Origin: Macrostomum lignano
Lineage: Eukaryota
DNA length: 64,000 bases
Direction: 5' to 3'
NCBI GenBank assembly: GCA_002269645.1
Contig: NIVC01001035.1
Location: 1-64,000, forward strand
Each line of letters opens with the position of its first letter. Position 1 is the stretch's first letter. Position numbers and translations under genes: made by a program. Shown in pieces: positions 56,301 through 64,000 of this stretch. The notes under the pieces are model-generated. The model was not told where the DNA came from and did no database searches. It saw only the letters and a list, made by a program, of their open reading frames with translations.

Positions 56301-58119
56301 GGACTGGGGATCACTAAAGGGGGTTACTGGGGGGGACTGGGGATCACTAAAGGGGGTTACTGAGGGGACTGGGGATCACTAAAGGGGGGTTTCTGAGGGG
56401 ACTGGGGATCACTAAAGGGAGATTTCTGAGGGGACTGGGGATCACTACAGGGGGATTTCTGAGGGGACTGGGGATCACTAAGGGAGATTTCTGAGGGGAC
56501 TGGGGATCACTACAGGGGGATTTCTGAGGGGACTGGGGATCACTACAGGGGGATTTGAGGGGACTGGATCACTACAGGGGGATTTGAGGGGATTGGATCA
56601 CTACAGGGGGATTTCTGAGGGGACTGGGGATCACTAAAGGGGGTTTCTGAGGGGACTGGGGATCACTAAGGGAGATTTATGAGGGGACTGAGGATCACTA
56701 CAGGGGATTTGAGGGGACTGGATCACTACAGGGGGATTTCTGAGGGGACTGGGGATCACTAAGGGAGATTTCTGAGGGGACTGGGGATCACTACAGGGGG
56801 GATTTCTGAGGGGACTGGGGATCACTACAGGGGGATTTGAGGGGACTGGATCACTACAGGGGGGATTTCTGAGGGGACTGAGGATCACTACAGGGGGGAT
56901 TTCTGAGGGGACTGGGGATCACTACAGGGGGATTTGAGGGGACTGGATCACTACAGGGGGATTTCTGAGGGGACTGAGGATCACTACAGGGGGATTTCTG
57001 AGGGGACTGGGGATCACTAAGGGAGATTTCTGAGGGGACTGGGGATCACTAAAGGGGGTTTCTGAGGGGACTGGGGATCACTAAAGGGGGGTTTCTGAGG
57101 GGACTGGGGATCACTAAAGGGGGTTTCTGAGGGGACTGGGGATCACTAAAGGGGGTTTCTGAGGGGACTGGGGATCACTAAAGGGGGGTTTCTGAGGGGA
57201 CTGGGATCACTAAAGGGGGGTTTCTGAGGGGACTGGGGATCACTAAAGGGGGTTTCTGAGGGGACTGGGGATCACTAAAGGGGGGTTTCTGAGGGGACTG
57301 GGGATCACTAAGGGAGATTTCTGAGGGGACTGGGGATCACTAAAGGGGGTTTCTGAGGGGACTGGGGATCACTAAAGGGGGGTTTCTGAGGGGACTGGGG
57401 ATCACTAAAGGGAGATTTCGGATGGGACTTGGGATCACTGCAGGGGGATTTGAGGGGACTGGATCACTACAGGGGGATTTCTGAGGGGACTGGGAATCAC
57501 TAAGGGAGATTTGAGGGGACTGGGGATCACTAAGAGCTGAGTATCACAAGGATCCAAGAACCTCACCTTTACCATTCTCTTCCTCGTCAGGCGAGTCGTC
57601 AGATTCCTCTTCTAATTTGCGCTTCAACGGTTCGGGAAACGGTTCGAATAGAGTCTTCCTTAAATTAGGCCTATCCAAAGTCACTTTATAGCTATTATCC
57701 GTTAGAGTAGTTAGCAACCAATTGGCTGTGGCATTAATATAAATATAACAGGCTGCCACTTTGATACAATATCGAATATCGTCAGACCAAGCGGCATAGA
57801 AGTCGTCAACCGCATAGGCAAGAGTTGTGTACAAAATCGTGCTAGAAGCCGACCAATACAGGAATATCGAGGCGGCAAATGCGACTCGGATTTCTGCCTG
57901 ACTATCGCCAACGCCCAGGCCTCGCTGTTTGACATCATTAACAAACGTTTCGAATGATAACCGAGCCGCGGCAGCAAAGTCTGGCTTCTTCTGCTGTTGC
58001 TGGCGTCTTCTTCTAGATTGCTGCTGTTGCTGCTTTTGCTCAGCAGAAGAATCCAAGCCCATCCATTCAACATCCAAGCCCATATCCAGGGCAACAGAAC
58101 CAGGTGGTCGATGATGCAT
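53336..58119 (-). CDS. DHHC-type palmitoyltransferase (ZDHHC22/24-like); complement(join(53336..53602,55347..55804,57567..58119)), ~425 aa
   Basis: CRD CLVCQHDAPPRTHHCPVCRACVLKRDHHCYMTGRCVGFYNQRFF; two TM segments on each side; TTHE (TTxE) motif; phase-1 and phase-0 GT-AG introns match; start codon uncertain. Confidence 0.92.
53752..55340. repeat. 22-bp minisatellite (GATTCTCATAGCGGAGATTGAT), DHHC intron 2
   Basis: About 70 copies. Confidence 0.96.
55895..57535. repeat. G-rich 32-34-bp minisatellite (GGGGATCACTAAAGGGGGTTWCTGRGGGGACT), DHHC intron 1
   Basis: About 50 copies. Confidence 0.95.
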
Positions 58120-61100
58120 AATTGCTGCCTACTTGCAACTTGTGTCTCAACTGATGGATTTCTTTCAGTTGGGCATTGTGACTGAGCATGAAAGCATTGT
58201 AGCTTATATATAAAGCACCTGTCTCTACATGTGTACACTGGCAAGAGTGTTAGGTGCAATAAACCAAAGTCAAATCAAAACCTACAAGCTATGGACCCAT
58301 GCATGCACAACACCCAGCCAAGGTAAGTTGCAACAATGCCAAAGGGGGAAAACTTAGTGCTAAAGAAGATGACGAGGCATTTAGCCTTAATAATACAATC
58401 ATAGTTCCTCCTACCATTTAATCAAAATTATGTTAGTTTTTGCTTAGGTTTCTTTCATAGGTAAGTCGCATTAGGATTAGGTTTAGGATTGTATTCTAAC
58501 CTCTATATAGTGTATCTTATAGGCCATAGTCCAGATCATGCTGGGTGCACGCCCAAACAAAAATTGAATAATTACAAATGCATGCCAAAAAATTTAGTGC
58601 ACACCCATTCTCAAAAATATGCCAGTGTTGCAACAATAAATGACCTTTTAAATTGCATAATAGACCCTTATTAGCAGATAATTTGGTTGATTTCTATGCT
58701 TTTTTGGTGATACTATTTATAGCAGAAAATCAATACATGCAAAGATTTATTTAAATGCTTTTTACAAGCTTGAAAAAACTGGAAAGCTTGAAATTTACAT
58801 TTAAAAATTAACTTTTTTTTATTTTTTTCTACTTCAGAATAACTCTTATGCGTGATTCTATAAAGTGCATACTAGGTGTACATGCATACTATTTTCTTAG
58901 GAAGTGATGTATGCTAATTGTGCATGCCTAATTTTGGCATGCAAGGCCAATGCATACATGCCTAAATTTTTGGGCATATATTACATGATACGGAGTGTGG
59001 CTTATAGGCTTATTAAATAGTCATTTGTCAAATTGAATATAGAAAATTAGAACATTTTCTTAAATTATCTCCTAGGCTAAAGCATCAAGTGATTTAGCAT
59101 AGCTATACAATTGTTTCCATTGTACTTTTATGTCTTTAAATAATTTTGTAGTTGAGAGCTTTTTCCTACTTTGGCTGCCTATGCTCCTTTTTTAGCCCTC
59201 CTTTTCCTCTGCATTCTCATATAGGCCCCTAAGCCTAGCAATAATAAGGGAAATGCATTGAGTTAAGACAAAAATGAATGTAGGTCTAATAAATAAGAAA
59301 ATATATGATAAAGGCCTAGCCTAAGCCTATATTTTTTTCATTTTGAATTTATTTTAATGATCTAGCTTAGACTTACCTAAATCATAGCCTATTATTCTAG
59401 GTCTAGTCTATGTCATAGGCTATATAGTATATAGGCTATGATATGCTTGATATTACCATATTATTTACTTCAATAAGCCTACAAATGATCAAATCTAATT
59501 CTAATATACCTTTTAATACTTTTAAGCTAAGGCCTAAGGCCAGAACAAGGCCTAAACTTGCCCTTAGGAGAAATAGGAGAATGTTTAGGCTAAAGACAGC
59601 TTACATTTAAAATGTCAGGAAAAATATCAGAAAGTAGGCCCCCCCCCCTATTGCAAAAGCCAAAGGTTAAATTTTGCTTATATACACTAATTTAACTAAC
59701 ATGGGCAGCATGGGCATGGGCCTAGTTTAATTGAAAGACCTAATGTTTCCAAAACTGCTTGCTTAGAAAGATATTCATGGCCTAAGTCTAAGACTAGGTC
59801 TAAATAAGCATTCAAAATTGTTAGGTCTAACTAATATAATAAAGTCAATATATATAGAGACATTGTCTCTATATGTACTTCATATAATTATAGGCTCTAG
59901 GCCTAGCCCACCGCCTAGGCCTACTAGTACTAGGTCTAGGCAACTGAAATAGCAACCAATGCAAACTAGGATAAGGCCTAGGGGCAGCAAGGGGCCTAGT
60001 CATAACATCGGATAGGCCTATTGACTTTATTAGGCCTTTAAATTATTAAATTAAGCACAAGTAGCCAGCCATAGGGCCCAGCTGAGAGAAGTATCCACAT
60101 TCCACATCCACATTCACTAGGGTCTAAATGTCTAGTCTTAGGGGCCTAGTCCAAACTATATAGTATATTATTAGCCTAGGCCTACTAAATATATATCTCT
60201 ACAGAGCTATACTAATCCACTACTCTACTATGGCTCTAGGATTAAGCCTCTTATTTTATTTATAATATCGATCATGACAATGCACTAAACATTTCACATT
60301 TGTAGTGTAGTAGTAGTAGTAGTAGTAGTAAATTTGGCTCAGGCTTAAGGAGCCTGTTTTGCCAGTATAATCCTATGTATTTAGTATTTGTTCAAAAGGT
60401 TAAATTTTTATACGAGTTACGATGCGGGTTACGATATTTGTAAAAGTAAGGTATTTGAAAGAGCGTCTAAAGTTTTTTTGTAAAAAGATGTAGTATTTTT
60501 GAAAACGCGTGATATTTCAAAGCGTGAAAAACGGACATAAACATGTGGCAGGCGGGATGCCACAGTAATTGTTTGGACTCAGTTTTTAATAATTTTTAAG
60601 CGCTATCAAAACTTTAATTTACTGACCCAACCACTGTCTTTTCACCCCAATTTTTGTCCATCGTCTGCCCAGCTCCCTTTCCCTTCCGTGGCCTGGTCGC
60701 GTCCCTTCGCTGTTTTTTGTCGTCCCTTTGTTGAAATTTTGTTATCCGCCTGGTGTCCCAATGTTTTTGAGCCGGTCCATCCCGTGAATTTCTGTTTGCC
60801 CAGCGTTTGCTTCCAGTACTTGTCAGCCCCCTTTCGGGTATTTATTCTGCTAATTGTTGTGCCCAGTTTTCTCATTCTCTTCCTCTTCCCTTCCCCTTCC
60901 TTCCGTTTTTCTCACCCCTACCGTTCCTCAACTAGTAAGCTTTGATTCATTAAATTAGTGGTAATATATTTATTGCATTAGTTTAGCGCCCCGGCGCCGC
61001 AAGAGCGAATTCATCTCGAGTGTCTAAATAATAGTAATACTATCTTTATTCAGTGCTCGCCTGCTATTATCTTAACTAAGTTACCATAATAAACCGACAT

Positions 61101-64000
61101 CCTTAAATTAGCTTTTAATTTCATTCGTTGAGCCATAGCTTCTCTTGAATCATATGCCCGTGGGGCGTAAAATAACCAAAGTTCTCATCTCAAAGAAAGC
61201 TCTGAGACTTATCCGTTCCGTAATACGTAAATTACGGTGGTGGCAGCAACTACCCTACTGAAAGTAACCAGTTCAACACATCGGCGCATTAATTTACGGA
61301 GCCAGAAATCTCCGGGTTTTTCATCACTTTGAACGACCCGAGCCGCTAAACGACCGCTCTGCTACGATTACGACTACCCTCCCCCCGGACTTGAGAACCC
61401 GGCAGCCGGAGTAAAAGGAGAAAGATTTTTCCTGTTGAGATTCGTCTGCGCGATTTTTCCGGTTTTATTCGTGCGAACTCAACATTCGGCGGAAATTCAA
61501 ACGAGGAATCCGCCCCACCTCACTGGTGTCAGCAAATTTTCAAAACCGACCAATTTCCAAGAAAATCTTCTCCACCCCCACCTCAAACATACTTCGAAAG
61601 TACGTACACCTTAATTTCGTAATTTAAATTGGTGCCAACTCGAGGCGGGTGTTAAGTAAAGCAAAGCAATCGCATCGCAATGTAATAATACTCGTATATC
61701 TTCGTTTCGTCCAATACTTTATATTCGTAACTTATATCAGCTGAATTTCATCGCCTTAGCTCGATGGTGAGTCCAATAAATGCTGAATCATAGCTCGAAC
61801 TGTTACTGGCTATGCTTTAGAGTGTGCCTAGTAAGCAGGGAGCTGTGCAAACTTGTGATTGGGCGGTAAAGGCTCAAAGTAAAATTTGGTGTCCTGCCTC
61901 CGTTCTTGCTACAGTAGGCCACTTTCAAACGCATTTGTTTCCCCATTGATATTCGCATTGATATTCGAATTTTAACAAAAGCAAAATACTAAAAGTAACC
62001 CGTAGCATGAAACTTTACACAGAGTAAACTGCAACCGTGAAATTACTATTGGTCCAGTTTCAGCTCGATATGCAACTTTGGCTTTGAGCAGGACGACCTG
62101 CATTCCGCAGCTTTATTCATACCAGTATACGTACTTAATGGTGTGCTGAATTGGCGAAGTTTTATTTACTGGTTGTTTATTTCATTGAATACTTTTTCCA
62201 TCGCATTTACATTGACTGTTAGTTGAACAATTAGATCAGTTGAACAGTTTCAGAGGCTTTGAATTTGGTTGCTTTCACCATGTTTTAGCTTTCGAGCCTG
62301 AGTTTGTCTATGGCGTTTCTTTCACCATCGTCGGTTTTTGGTTCGAAGAGACTAACACCATCCCTTTTCAAGCGTGACGGGACTGTACAACACTTTGACC
62401 AGTTAAGTTATCGATTTTTTGCTTTTAAAGTGATTGGTTTCGGCCTTTCGGCCCCTTTTTGGGAAAGCCTTCGGGCCTCAGGTCTCAGAAATAAATCAAT
62501 TAGAGTCCTGGCCCCCCACTCCTGTCAGATGGTCAGCCCCATGGTAGCTTGATCGTGTGGCGAGCAGTCTAGGTCCTATAGCTAAGAGAGGGACAGCGAG
62601 AGACAAGCAGGGAGAATTCTGAAGGTAGAGATCAGTTAATCCGCAGATTAACTAACCCGCTGCCACCAGCCCGTGCGTCCTGGCTCACCAAACCGGAACT
62701 TTCGAAATCGGGCTTCCGACTAGAAGGGGCTTTGCACTTACCTGCCAACTAGTGTCTTTTTGCTGTCAGTCTCTAAGTCCTAGCCGATGATAAGGGACAC
62801 TGCTGGGACTTGATCACATTGGCCATGCAGGTACAGAGAGGGGACTTGTGCAGGGGATTCTTGCAGTGGCGAGACTATGGGGTAGCTACATGTACTATTA
62901 CATTGCTAAATACGAGGAATTGTACCTTTGGCCTTCAACGCACTAACTAGCCTCTCGTAGCGCTGATGATAGGCTAACTCGAACATCGGAGACCGCATGA
63001 TTCATTACCCGAGCCGCTTGGCGAACCTAGAGTGCACAGAGTACATCTCTAGCGCCGATTTTGCACTATTGGCAATTTTGCTCACTGATTTGATAGATTG
63101 ATCGACTGAGAACTGCCTTGCCATTGGTCCACTGTGACCGGCGCCTACTAGCTTAGCTCCTCATCTGAGCCATCGGCGAACAAAGAAATAAAACCAATAA
63201 AAATAACTGTCAGATTTAACCTTCTCCTTAAATCACTTCACACTTCAGATTGAATTGGAGTTTCAGACTACTAATAGTTTATTAAGTGATTTCTGCCTCG
63301 ATAACAGCACTGTTGAATAAAATGAGCAAAAGTGTGCGCCTAATCCAGCTACTGAAACAGGGGACAGATAAGGAATCACCCAATCAAGCAAGTCTAGGTA
63401 GCCTCTCACCCAACCAATCAGAAACTCAACAGCCGGAGACCAGGAAATCCGCAGTGACCGAATCGGCTTAGTGCTTCGCAGCTGTAGGCCCGGGATGATG
63501 CTGATGTCACAATCTACAATTTACTGGGATTGCCCAGTAAAAGAGGGGAATTCCCCAGGAGTAGACATGAGCTGTTTGCAGCCGAAATAGCGTGATGCAG
63601 TGTTGAGTCGGAGAGAGATAGTGCTGAAAAGCCGGAAACCCTCGTTCAGTGGTAACGCCGTGTTGGACTGTACAAATTAGTGATCAATTAGTAGTCAGCA
63701 GTGTCTTGCCGCTCGGCACTGAAGCTACCATGGGTAACTCGTACTGACGATCTAGCCCATACATTTTAGTATATAGGATTATTAGTACACAAAGGTATAA
63801 ATAATGGGATTTGTTAGGATAGGACAGAGCTAGTAACCTAGGACTCCTAGGACTTTGGCCTAACGGAGCCCGACCGTCGTCTCTTGATCCCCGGATCGCG
63901 ACTCCCCCCCCCCATCACCATCAAGGACGAATTCCCACGGTCGTCAGCAGCGAACATCAAAGTTGAGAGCATCACCTGCTAGCTATCTGCGAAGATTGTG

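Noticed and set aside
60540-60570. TGTGGCA/TGCCACA hairpin as a Helitron 3' end
   Set aside because: No CTRR terminus follows

Overview
Eukaryotic (animal) genomic DNA with spliced genes, in which nearly every long intron and intergenic gap carries its own minisatellite. This style suggests the flatworm Macrostomum lignano, which is an inference and not proven. Genes reconstructed by hand from GT-AG boundaries and codon phase: RPN2 (+, 5'-partial, frameshifted), CPSF1 (+, 8 exons, 1872 aa, with a ~267-aa Q/P/M-rich N-terminal extension), a Mondo/Mlx-type bHLH-ZIP (-), a Shisa-like single-pass membrane protein (-, 5 exons), TMEM60 (-) and a DHHC palmitoyltransferase (-, 3 exons). Mobile elements: a 5'-truncated RTE-type LINE with an open ORF, a P-like THAP DNA transposon with 44-bp TIRs, tRNA-derived SINEs and hAT-type MITE remnants. 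The best find is in CPSF1 intron 3. It is a ~370-bp non-coding retroelement on the minus strand that begins with a complete HDV/CPEB3-like self-cleaving ribozyme fold (13917-14017), ends in (AAG)n, has a 13-bp target-site duplication, and sits between the A and B boxes of a tRNA-SINE. No CRISPR array, rRNA or true tRNA gene was seen. All alignments were done by eye and no database search was run.
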